Source: Candidatus Poribacteria bacterium (lineage in GTDB: Bacteria; Poribacteria; WGA-4E; WGA-3G). From it: a stretch of DNA of 64,000 nt. Below the pieces are notes generated by a model, which was given only the letters and a program-made list of their open reading frames with translations, was not told the origin of the DNA and did no database searches. Shown here one piece after another: positions 43,316 through 52,524 of the stretch; positions within the stretch are counted from its first letter, which is position 1, and the number at the start of each line of letters is the position of its first letter. Made by a program: the position numbers and the translations under genes. Location: the NCBI GenBank assembly GCA_963663765.2, contig CAXXUA010000003.1, positions 64,001 through 128,000 on the forward strand, in the 5' to 3' direction.

Positions 43316-43957
43316 CAGGGTTATTCAGTTTTAAAAGCTTTCTGTTATTTCGATTTACTGAAAGTTAATACCCAAATGCAGTTTCCTAACTGCACCTTAT
43401 ACATCAATTTTAGATTATTGAAACCTGAACATCGCTCTTTAGTCCCGACAAATGCCATACGGGGAATGCCTTAATGGCATTCATACCGTTGATTTGGCCC
43501 ATTTGGCGTTGATTTGGTAGGGACGATATGTTTATAGAAAAAGAGTGACCTTCCCAGCTCTTTAGTCCCGTAGGGACGATATGTTTATAGAAAACGAGTG
43601 ACCTTCCCAGCTCTTTAGTCTCGTAGGGACGATATGTTTATAGAAAACGAGTGACCTTCCCAGCTCTTTAGTCCCGTAGGGACGATATGTTTATAGAAAA
43701 CGAGTGACCTTCCCAGCTCTTTAGTCCCGTAGGGACGATATGTTTATAGAAAACGAGTGACCTTCCCATGTCTTTAGTCCCGTAGGGACGATATGTTTAT
43801 TCTTATATGCCGTTCCTACGGAACTCAAGAGGAGTAGATAACATTTATCTATAAACATATCGTCCCTACGGGACTAAAGACATGGACAAGATGGCAACAC
43901 ATAAAATTAACGTTATAGCAAATAATCATCAAAAAAACCTAAAACTAAATAACCCTG
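43316..43957. mobile_element. CAGGGTTATT-type MITE with internal 53-bp tandem expansion
   Basis: TIRs present; flanks CGTTTTGGT/AGTTTTGGT (8 of 9 match); about 5 copies of TTTAGTCCCGTAGGGACGATATGTTTAT…; inverted relative to 18169..18596. Confidence 0.85.
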
Positions 43958-44071
43958 AGTTTTGGTCATTATGTCTTGATTTGGTAACATAAGCGGTGCA
44001 CCAATTTCTTATCAAAACATGTTGGAAAAAAATTGTCCAACTATAGTCTTCCTTTAGAGTGGAGGAGTATT

Positions 44072-45007
44072 TTAGTTTCCTGCTGGTTGTATTTCAATAT
44101 CAATTGCCAATTTCGGTAGTTGTTCCTTGAGTTTTCGGAGTGGTTCCATATCCTGAATTGAATTACCCGTGAGGTATAATTCCTTTAACTGTGTTAGATT
44201 AACGAGCGGGTTCATGTCACTGATCTGATTTCTGTTTAGGGATAACACTTCCAATTGCGTCAAATTCGTGAGTGATTGTATGTCGCTAATTTGATTATCA
44301 GACAAGTATAACGTTGTCAACTGTGACAAGTTAGCAAGTGGTTTTATATCACTAACTTGATTCAACTCAATTCCTAATCTTGCCAGCTGTGTCAAATCAG
44401 TAAGGGTGTTTAAATCACTGATCTTGTTTTTATCCAACCATAACAACTCCAGCTGCGTCAAGTTAGCAAGCGGTTTTATGTCGATGATTTTATTATCAGA
44501 TAGGTATAAATTAGTCAACTGTGTCAAGTTAGCAAGCGGTTTTATATCACTGATTTTGTTTTTGTCCAACCATAACGTTGTCAACTGTGTCAAGTTAGTG
44601 AGTGGTTTTATATCGCTGATTTTATTCGCAACGATGTCTAAATCTGTTAACTGCGTCAAACCTGTCAGAGGTGTTATATCACTAATCTGATTATCCCCAA
44701 GGTATAAGTTTGTCAATTGGTTTAGTTCTGTGAGAGGTGCCAGGTCCTCAATCTGATTCTTGCGAAGTTCTAAAGTCGTTAGTCCTATCGCCTTTTCTAT
44801 ACCCATTAAGTCCTTTATACCTTTACTGTCAGCACTAAGCTTCTCTAATGCTTGAAATTTCTTTTGTGAAATAGGCTCGGTTGGATCTAAACCGAGTGCT
44901 TCACGTACAACAGCGGCTAAGTTTTCATCTGGAATTGTCACTTCTGGTCCGGCTGAGCAACTGAGGAAAATAACTAATACTACAAACAGGCTGAAAATGC
45001 GTTTCAT
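44072..45007 (-). CDS. LRR lipoprotein
   Basis: MKRIFSLFVVLVIFLSC lipoprotein signal; 22-aa LRRs. Confidence 0.9.
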   Translation of the reverse strand: MKRIFSLFVVLVIFLSCSAGPEVTIPDENLAAVVREALGLDPTEPISQKKFQALEKLSADSKGIKDLMGIEKAIGLTTLELRKNQIEDLAPLTELNQLTNLYLGDNQISDITPLTGLTQLTDLDIVANKISDIKPLTNLTQLTTLWLDKNKISDIKPLANLTQLTNLYLSDNKIIDIKPLANLTQLELLWLDKNKISDLNTLTDLTQLARLGIELNQVSDIKPLANLSQLTTLYLSDNQISDIQSLTNLTQLEVLSLNRNQISDMNPLVNLTQLKELYLTGNSIQDMEPLRKLKEQLPKLAIDIEIQPAGN

Positions 45008-45053
45008 AATCTTTACCAAATGGGCGCGAACTGCTGGACGCGCCCTCCTTTTA

Positions 45054-48000
45054 TTATCCCTTATTCAAGACTTCGTCTAGATTGAGGATAAGGTTTGCAA
45101 TCATCGTCCATGTAGCAACTTCAACTGCATCTAATTTTTGGTTCGGTTTAGATTCACCGACAGCGATCAGTTCTTTGGCTGCCTCTGGGTCCGCTTGCAT
45201 CTCTTCTGCGTGTGCCAGCATTGTTTCAAGGAGCAGTTTTGCTTCCAAAGGTTTCGGTTCGCGTGCAGTTGCTATCTCAAAGATGTAAGCAATTCTTTCC
45301 TCAGGTGTGTTGCCACCTTCTTTGATCGTGCGTTCTGCGAAAACGCGCGCCGCTTCAAAGAACTGCGGATCGTTCATCAACATCAATGCCTGCATCGGTG
45401 TATTGGTCCGTTCACGACGAATTGTGCATGCTTCACGTGAAGGCGCATCCAAGATGTTCATCTGCGGCGGAGGTGCCGTTCGTTTCCAAAATGTATAAAG
45501 ACTTCTACGGTATACCTTATCAGCACCAGAATCTTTCCTAAAGGTATCAGTATTGGATCCAGTAAATCCAACGGCTTTCCAGAGTCCACCCGGTTGCGGC
45601 GGTTTGACACTCGGTCCACCGATACGTTTATACAACAACCCACTAACAGCCAAAGCGTTATCGCGCACGATTTCGGCATCTAACCGATACCTTGGTGCGC
45701 GTGAGAATAGCATGTTATCCGCATCACGTTCCAATTTCTCAGATGTAACCCGTGAACTCTGCATATATGTTGCGGAGGTTAGCATCAGTTTCTGCATTGC
45801 TTGCATGTCCCAACCAGAGTCAACAAATTCAGTTGCAAGCCAATCCAGGAGTTCTGGATGTGTAGGTGGACTGCCTTGTGTCCCGAAGTCCTCTGATGTC
45901 CTCACAATTCCAGCCCCGAATACGTTTTGCCATAGACGGTTGACCGTAACACGTGAAGTGAGTGGATGTTTTCGTGAAACCAACCATTTTGCAAGTGTCA
46001 ACCGATTCGGTGGTGAACCCTTCACAATCGGTGGTAGTACTGCGGGAGTCTTAGGGTGAACCTGTTCCCCACGGTGTTCATATTCACCGCGTTCAAGGAT
46101 GTATGCACCACGCGGCTCTGACCGTTCCTGCATCACCAAAGTCGTGGTAAACGAATTATTGAGAGAATTTCTCTTGTTCTGGATATCTGTAATGTCGGCG
46201 TAAAGTTTCTTCAATCCCTCATCGGTTGAAACATTCCGACGGTAGTATTCTCGAATCTGCGTCTGTTGATTACCGTTGCGTTTACCTCTGTCAACTGCTA
46301 TCGTATCAACAATGTTTGCTGTTACCATCGGTGCATCGGATTCCATACGGAAGAAGAAACCAGATGGACCGGAATAGTTGACAACCTTTAGTAGCAGCGC
46401 ATTGTTGCCGGGGTTCAGTTGTATTTGCACACTATCCGTATCTGGGGCAGCATCACGTTGAATATTGCTTGCCAATACTTCAACTTGGTTCACCCACACC
46501 TTCAACGCATCATTGCTACTCAGGTAAAGTGTCGCTTTCTGTTGAGTCTCGGAAGCGATATTGCGGTAAAGATAGGTCGCACTGTTCTCACCGACAATAT
46601 CGTTATGCACGTGTCCATCTTTCCAATGCGTCTGCTGTTTCCACGTCAATTCTTGTGAGCCGACCTTGAATTTGTCCTTCGTATTGACAGGTTTAGTTTC
46701 CGGTTCATAAACATTGTAAAAAGCAATATTACCGTGTTCTGCAGAAAACGGACCGGCAGAATGCCAGTTACCAAGCGACACCTTAGAACCAATCGGGTAA
46801 ATCGTCGGTGCATCCGTGACAGCAAGTCTAAACCGACCGAAGTGGTGCTTAGCATGCTGAGATTCATGTTTAAGACGAATTCTGACCAATCCACCTTCTT
46901 CGCTTCCCAACGGATTTGCAACAAGGAAGATCGCTTGCCGACTGTTTCCACGATTATTATTGCTTTCCAATCCCCATCCTGTTTCAGCACTGTCGTCAAT
47001 AACATTGGTAATGACAAAATCTCCGTTTGCCTGCTCTTTGTCTGCCCATGCTTTTATTATCGGAATGGATGTCCAAGGATCTTTGGCTTCTGCAGGTTTT
47101 GCGGTATCTTCCGCGGGTTGTGTTTCATCGGTCTCTGTTGTTGCTTCCTCAGCGGGTTTATCAGTCTCTTTCTCCTGATCTGTTTCTGTAGCAGCATCTT
47201 CAACTGGTTGTTCTACGTCTTGCGTCACATCTGCGTCGGGTGCTGCTTCCTCAACTGGTGTTTCTTCAGCAGGTTTATCAGCATCTTTTTGCACATCTGT
47301 TTCTGACTGAGCATCTTCAGCGGGTTCTGTTTCTTCGTTCTTTGCAGCTTCTTCTGCTGCTTTTGCTGCCTCTGCTGCTTTCTTTGCTTCTTCCGCTGCT
47401 TGCTGTATCGCTTCAGTTGCTTTCTGTGCAGCTTCCTTAGCAGTATTTAGTGCTTGTTCCGCTTCTGAAGGTGAAACAACATCAACCGAAAAACCTGTCA
47501 AAACCACGTTGCTATTGTCGCTACGTCCGATACCACTTCCAGGTAAGGATCCGTCTGGAAGACCTTCTAATCGCACTGCGCTCCACTTACCGGGTGGCAG
47601 TTTGGCAATAAACTCATAGATCTCTTTATCCGGATTTGTGCCACTTGCCAAAATGGAATTATCACCACGAATTTCAACCGTCGCACCACCTTGCGATAGT
47701 ACTACCTCTGGCTTGATATGTGTCCACCGAGGCATTCTGTTTTCCCAAGCAATTTGCGCAGCATCAATATGCGGCAGTGTTCCCTTGCTCTGTGCGTCCA
47801 ATTCCTTTATCTGTTCATCATATTTCGCAAGTTGTGTCTTTTGCTCCGGTGTCGGCAACTTCACTACAGGTGGCGAATCCTTGCGGTTGCCATCCATTGC
47901 ATTTTCGGTGATATTATTGAAATACGCAAAAAGTTGATAATATTCTTTCTGTGAAATCGGGTCATATTTATGGTCATGACACTGCGCACATCCTGCTGTC

Positions 48001-49043
48001 AATCCCATCCAAACAGTTGACGTGGTATTGACTCTATCGACAGCATATCGTACATAATATTCCTCAGCGATAGAACCACCTTCGCTTGTTGTAACGTGAC
48101 ACCGATTGAACCCTGTAGCAACGCGTTGGTCAAGGGTCGGTTCTGGCAAAAGATCACCCGCCAACTGCTCAATCGTAAACCTGTCAAAAGGCATCTTATT
48201 GTTGAATGCCTTAATAACCCAATCCCGATACGGCCACATCTCACGGTAGTTGTCTAAATGCAGTCCGTGGGTATCGCCATACCGCGCAACGTCTAACCAG
48301 AAGCGCGCCATGTGCTCACCATATTCAGGCTTATTCATGTAAGAATCAATGAGTTTTTCGTAAGCATCATGGGAATCATCGTTAATGAAGTTATGTATCT
48401 CTTCAAGTGTTGGTGGTAATCCAGTGAGATCAAAACTTAGACGTCTGATAAGTGTGCGTTTGTCCGCTGCTCCAGCAGGTTGTAATCCTTCCTTTTCAAG
48501 CAGTGCAAGTATGAATGCATCAATCGGATTTTTTACCCAATCCGTTTTAGCAACCTTCGGTAGTGTTGGACGCGCAGGCGTTGTAAATGCCCAATGTTCC
48601 TCCCACTTAGCACCTTCACTTATCCATTGCTTGATGGTATCTATCTGTTCTTGGGTTAAAGTCTTATTGAAATCTTCTGGCGGCATTTGACGAAATTCGT
48701 CTTCAGAAGTAATTCGAAGATACAACTCACTCTCTTCTGGCTCATTAGGAACGAGAATCGGAAATCCGCTTGGGTCAGAAAACGCACCTTCCTTCGTATC
48801 AAGACGTAGGTTTCCTTGACGGGTCTTTTCGTCCGGTCCGTGGCAGGCGAAACAGTTATCCGCCAAAATCGGTCGGATGTCTTGACTATAACTAACAGGT
48901 GTCTGTGCAGTTTCATGGTCTTCTGCAGATGCGTGAGATAATCCTAATATGACGATACACAAACATACTAACACAGTCATTAGTGGAACAGAACTTTTAG
49001 CACTTTTCACTGGAAAATACTCCCTTTTCAATATGGTCTGCAT
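45054..49043 (-). CDS. Planctomycete cytochrome c / DUF1549 / DUF1553 (PSD1) domain protein
   Basis: CFACH and CAQCHDHKYDP heme motifs, EEHWAF, PTHPELLDWLA, terminal LNLDE. Confidence 0.92.
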   Translation of the reverse strand: MQTILKREYFPVKSAKSSVPLMTVLVCLCIVILGLSHASAEDHETAQTPVSYSQDIRPILADNCFACHGPDEKTRQGNLRLDTKEGAFSDPSGFPILVPNEPEESELYLRITSEDEFRQMPPEDFNKTLTQEQIDTIKQWISEGAKWEEHWAFTTPARPTLPKVAKTDWVKNPIDAFILALLEKEGLQPAGAADKRTLIRRLSFDLTGLPPTLEEIHNFINDDSHDAYEKLIDSYMNKPEYGEHMARFWLDVARYGDTHGLHLDNYREMWPYRDWVIKAFNNKMPFDRFTIEQLAGDLLPEPTLDQRVATGFNRCHVTTSEGGSIAEEYYVRYAVDRVNTTSTVWMGLTAGCAQCHDHKYDPISQKEYYQLFAYFNNITENAMDGNRKDSPPVVKLPTPEQKTQLAKYDEQIKELDAQSKGTLPHIDAAQIAWENRMPRWTHIKPEVVLSQGGATVEIRGDNSILASGTNPDKEIYEFIAKLPPGKWSAVRLEGLPDGSLPGSGIGRSDNSNVVLTGFSVDVVSPSEAEQALNTAKEAAQKATEAIQQAAEEAKKAAEAAKAAEEAAKNEETEPAEDAQSETDVQKDADKPAEETPVEEAAPDADVTQDVEQPVEDAATETDQEKETDKPAEEATTETDETQPAEDTAKPAEAKDPWTSIPIIKAWADKEQANGDFVITNVIDDSAETGWGLESNNNRGNSRQAIFLVANPLGSEEGGLVRIRLKHESQHAKHHFGRFRLAVTDAPTIYPIGSKVSLGNWHSAGPFSAEHGNIAFYNVYEPETKPVNTKDKFKVGSQELTWKQQTHWKDGHVHNDIVGENSATYLYRNIASETQQKATLYLSSNDALKVWVNQVEVLASNIQRDAAPDTDSVQIQLNPGNNALLLKVVNYSGPSGFFFRMESDAPMVTANIVDTIAVDRGKRNGNQQTQIREYYRRNVSTDEGLKKLYADITDIQNKRNSLNNSFTTTLVMQERSEPRGAYILERGEYEHRGEQVHPKTPAVLPPIVKGSPPNRLTLAKWLVSRKHPLTSRVTVNRLWQNVFGAGIVRTSEDFGTQGSPPTHPELLDWLATEFVDSGWDMQAMQKLMLTSATYMQSSRVTSEKLERDADNMLFSRAPRYRLDAEIVRDNALAVSGLLYKRIGGPSVKPPQPGGLWKAVGFTGSNTDTFRKDSGADKVYRRSLYTFWKRTAPPPQMNILDAPSREACTIRRERTNTPMQALMLMNDPQFFEAARVFAERTIKEGGNTPEERIAYIFEIATAREPKPLEAKLLLETMLAHAEEMQADPEAAKELIAVGESKPNQKLDAVEVATWTMIANLILNLDEVLNKG

Positions 49044-49258
49044 ACTGAAATCTTTTCACGAAATATTATGTTATTTAACGTTTTGGCAATCAATAAGTTT
49101 ATTAATGACGATTCAATTTTAAGGTGTTAAAGGTCTTATTGTCAATACTTTTTTGATTTAGGGATGTAATTTTGTTGAAGATACTGCAAAAAGATTGTAT
49201 AATCTTTAACAGCAACTTGTTATGGCCTGTTTAAAATCACCTTCTACTGGAGAAACGG

Positions 49259-49504
49259 ATGCACACAATCACACACGCTGAAGTGCAAACGTTAGTGGCA
49301 AAATTACCTTTAGTGTACCGTTTGCTCCATGCCTTAACAACAGTGGAAGGCGAATCACCTTAAGCGAAATTTATATGTCTTTCTGCTGATGAACGTCGGC
49401 AACTTCTATCGCAACAGGCAGAGCAGATGAAAAACCACTACAAACACACAACAGATGAACGTACCAAATGGCAAGCTGAAGATTTTAGTCGGAGTACAAC
49501 ATAA
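49259..49504 (+). pseudogene. Small protein with an internal stop
   Basis: MHTITHAEVQ…GESP*AKFICLSADERRQLL… in one frame; GGAG RBS; TAATG-coupled to the next gene. Confidence 0.5.
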
Positions 49505-50112
49505 TGGCATTTAGTGATTTCAAAACGATCCCTGAAGTTCAAAAGAAATTCGGAATACGACATGTGGAAAATGACTTTTTAGAGTCAAAAAACGGCACGA
49601 GTCCTTCGGAACAATTTCTACAAGAATTTGAATTTAACCGCGAATATATTGATGTTTTCACTTCCGAAGGCGCGCGGTGTGAGGCAATTATCTTTCCCGT
49701 TTTGCGTGAAGTCTACAAAGAGTATGCTGAGGATTACGCACTCTGGATAAAAAAGCCTATTACCTATGATGATGTACTGAGCGGTACGTCTGATTATTTC
49801 ATTTCAACACGATCTGAGTTGGGTAAACTCGTTGTTGGCACGCCGTTGATAATATTAGTTGAGGCAAAAAAGAACGATTTTGAGATAGGTTGGGGACAAT
49901 GTTTGGCGGAGTTAGTTGCCGCGCAAAAGATAAACGAGGATACAGAACACCCTGTGTACGGTATTGTCAGCGACGGAACGTTCTGGCAAATTGGACATCT
50001 TGTCGGAGAAACCTTCACCCAAAATAGAACGAGTTTTAGTGTGGATAATTTGCCTGTCCTCTTTGGTGCTATTGATTCTGTCTTCAAAGCAGCAAAAAAC
50101 TCAACCCAGTAA
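49504..50112 (+). CDS. Conserved hypothetical protein, PD-(D/E)xK / HsdR N-terminal-like fold
   Basis: SEGAR.E, GTSDY, VEAKK, GQCLAEL and YGIVSDGTFW motifs. Confidence 0.7.
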   Translation: MAFSDFKTIPEVQKKFGIRHVENDFLESKNGTSPSEQFLQEFEFNREYIDVFTSEGARCEAIIFPVLREVYKEYAEDYALWIKKPITYDDVLSGTSDYFISTRSELGKLVVGTPLIILVEAKKNDFEIGWGQCLAELVAAQKINEDTEHPVYGIVSDGTFWQIGHLVGETFTQNRTSFSVDNLPVLFGAIDSVFKAAKNSTQ

Positions 50113-50141
50113 GCATTTTACCGATTTGTGTGCAAACCAAC

Positions 50142-50885
50142 CTACTCCCCAGCAACCTTCTCAAAAATGATAACATGCTGCCACGGCAGGTCACCATGCG
50201 TCTCTACCCAAGACAACGGATGTGGTGTCATCTCCTTCATCACTTGCAATTCACTCATCTTGTGCAAACGTTTAATCGGCACACTGTCATCTTCCAAGCG
50301 ATATTCCACAAAAACCACCCTACCGCCAACTTTGAGTGCACTGCAGATATTCTGCATCATCTCATACGGATGCGAAAATTCATGGTAGACATCTACCATA
50401 ATAGCCAAATCCACCGAATTCGGTGGTAGTTTCGGGTCGGTAATCGTACCTAATACGCCTTTGATATTCGTAATACCATCCTCCGCCATCTTCTTAGCGA
50501 GAATGTCAAGCATCTCCTGCTGAATTTCAACACCGTAGATAGTGCCTGTCTTACCGACTTTCGGTGACATGCGTCGCGCAATATACCCCGTGCCAACACC
50601 GATATCCGCAACAACATCACCCTCTTTCAGTTTCAGCAGCCCAATAAGCGTATTCGGCATCTCTTCGCGTTCACGTTCAGGACGTTCTAACCATCCCGCT
50701 GCGAGATGTCCCATAACCTCCGATATTTCACGCCCCATATAGATTTTGCCGATACCATCTCGACTTGGTGCGCGTTGTTCATAGCGCGTACTCGTTGGAC
50801 GTTGCGGGTTTTCAGCAGTTGTGGCATAACCCAACAGAAGAACCATGCCAATAATGCTTACCAAAACATAAAGGTTTTTACACAT
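50142..50885 (-). CDS. Class I SAM-dependent methyltransferase with signal peptide
   Basis: VADIGVGTGY and VDVYHEF motifs; hydrophobic N-terminus. Confidence 0.88.
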   Translation of the reverse strand: MCKNLYVLVSIIGMVLLLGYATTAENPQRPTSTRYEQRAPSRDGIGKIYMGREISEVMGHLAAGWLERPEREREEMPNTLIGLLKLKEGDVVADIGVGTGYIARRMSPKVGKTGTIYGVEIQQEMLDILAKKMAEDGITNIKGVLGTITDPKLPPNSVDLAIMVDVYHEFSHPYEMMQNICSALKVGGRVVFVEYRLEDDSVPIKRLHKMSELQVMKEMTPHPLSWVETHGDLPWQHVIIFEKVAGE

Positions 50886-50909
50886 CGATTTGATCTCCTA
50901 TATCTAATA

Positions 50910-51137
50910 TTAGTTGTAAACGACCATCTGGGATTTTTCCTTGTCCGCAGCATACGCGAAACAAGCGCGTATGTCGGTCTCGGTTAATTCAGGGAAATCA
51001 TTAAGAACTTCCGCTACTGTCATCCCCGATGCCAGATACTCAAAAACATCGTAAACAGTGATCCGCATTCCCCGAATACACGGCTGACCGCTGCGTTTGC
51101 CTTGTTCAATGGTAATAATATCTCTGTAGTTGTTCAT
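50910..51137 (-). CDS. DUF433 family protein
   Basis: GKRSGQPCIRGMRITVYDV…DFPELT. Confidence 0.9.
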   Translation of the reverse strand: MNNYRDIITIEQGKRSGQPCIRGMRITVYDVFEYLASGMTVAEVLNDFPELTETDIRACFAYAADKEKSQMVVYN

Positions 51138-51237
51138 TTCTGCACCCTCTAAGTTTCTAAGTATAGTTCTTTAAAGTTTATCAAAACATCTCTACGAGAA
51201 GAGATGCCAATCGCTTCTGCAGGAAAGAGCCAACAGT

Positions 51238-52281
51238 TTACCACCTTCCGAGATAGAGTCCTCGGTTTTCCATCGGTATCTTCACACGTCTGCCCTGCTG
51301 TCGTTGCGAGTCAACGATAGCAAAAACCATTTCGGTGCTACGATGCGCGAGTTGAATGTTACCTTGTGTTTCAGTGTCAGTGTCAATTGCTTCAACGATG
51401 TCCTCAATGCACCCCACAGTGCCACTTTTTCGATCAAAGGATGGGAATTGTGAGTCTAAAACCTCATTATACTGTCCCTGCTGTTTTCGGAGTTGAAAAC
51501 CAAGACCGTTATTTAAAGAACGAACTGTACCTTTGCTACAATTCACCTCAAATTCGTAAGCAGTGCCCGGAATGCTGATGCCGTTAATACCATTCTGAAA
51601 ACGGATGAATCCCATTACAATACTCGGATCAGAATCGGTGCGGTTGTCCTCAAAGTCTGCATCAGCAACAGCGACATTGCCTTGTACGTACTCTATCGGT
51701 GAATCGCTTGCTAAAAAGAGGATTAGGTCTGCAGCGTGCGTATAACCCCATAAGGCAGAACCTCCCGTATAAGCAATGATAGAACGACGTTCACCTAATT
51801 CTCCACTCTCAAGGATTTCGCGCATTCTCATGTATCCGGGTGTCCAACGCCGCTGTGTGCCGAGATTGAATTTGATGTCATATTCTTCACACACCTCCAA
51901 CATTGCGTCCGCTTCTACCATAGAGGCACAGAGCGGTTTGTCACAATAGATGCCTTTCACACCGTTTTCTGCAGCAAATTGTGTGATCACGGCATGGTTA
52001 CCCGGTCGCGTGGCGATACTGACAATATCCGGTTTCTCTTGTGTTATCATCTCTTGATAATCAAGGTAATACTTCGGGATGTTCCACTTATCGCAAACAT
52101 ATTTTGCCTTTTCTTCAACTACATCTGCAGCAGCGACAAGTGCTGTTCGTTCACAAGCGGTATAACTCGCAGCATGTGAGTAAGGAAGCTCACCGTGCGG
52201 CGTTCCTTGCACCTCCTCATCAATAGTACCACCCATCCGTCCACATCCGACAAGACAAGCGCGATATTGTGTTTTTAACAT
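51238..52281 (-). CDS. Gfo/Idh/MocA family oxidoreductase
   Basis: LVGCGRMG and YCDKPL motifs. Confidence 0.88.
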   Translation of the reverse strand: MLKTQYRACLVGCGRMGGTIDEEVQGTPHGELPYSHAASYTACERTALVAAADVVEEKAKYVCDKWNIPKYYLDYQEMITQEKPDIVSIATRPGNHAVITQFAAENGVKGIYCDKPLCASMVEADAMLEVCEEYDIKFNLGTQRRWTPGYMRMREILESGELGERRSIIAYTGGSALWGYTHAADLILFLASDSPIEYVQGNVAVADADFEDNRTDSDPSIVMGFIRFQNGINGISIPGTAYEFEVNCSKGTVRSLNNGLGFQLRKQQGQYNEVLDSQFPSFDRKSGTVGCIEDIVEAIDTDTETQGNIQLAHRSTEMVFAIVDSQRQQGRRVKIPMENRGLYLGRW

Positions 52282-52524
52282 TGGCGTTCCTCCATCAAGT
52301 TTCGTCTTTGAAACTGAAATGTTACGTTATTTTGAGTTCCGAATAAACATTTTCTGGAAATTGACACGGTTAGGAAACCACACAAGAGGAGTCAATTTTG
52401 TGTTCCACCGCACTCGGTAGGCAAGTTTTGTAAACGCACCATCTATGTCGTCTTCACTTCTGAACTCAGTGATTCTTACAAAACACGCCTACCCAACCAA
52501 ATGTTGATAACTGAATGCGAACCA

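Noticed and set aside
45082-48916. Numerous short ORFs overlapping long genes
   Set aside because: Antisense or alternate-frame shadows of well-supported CDSs with no recognisable motifs; the same holds throughout the window.
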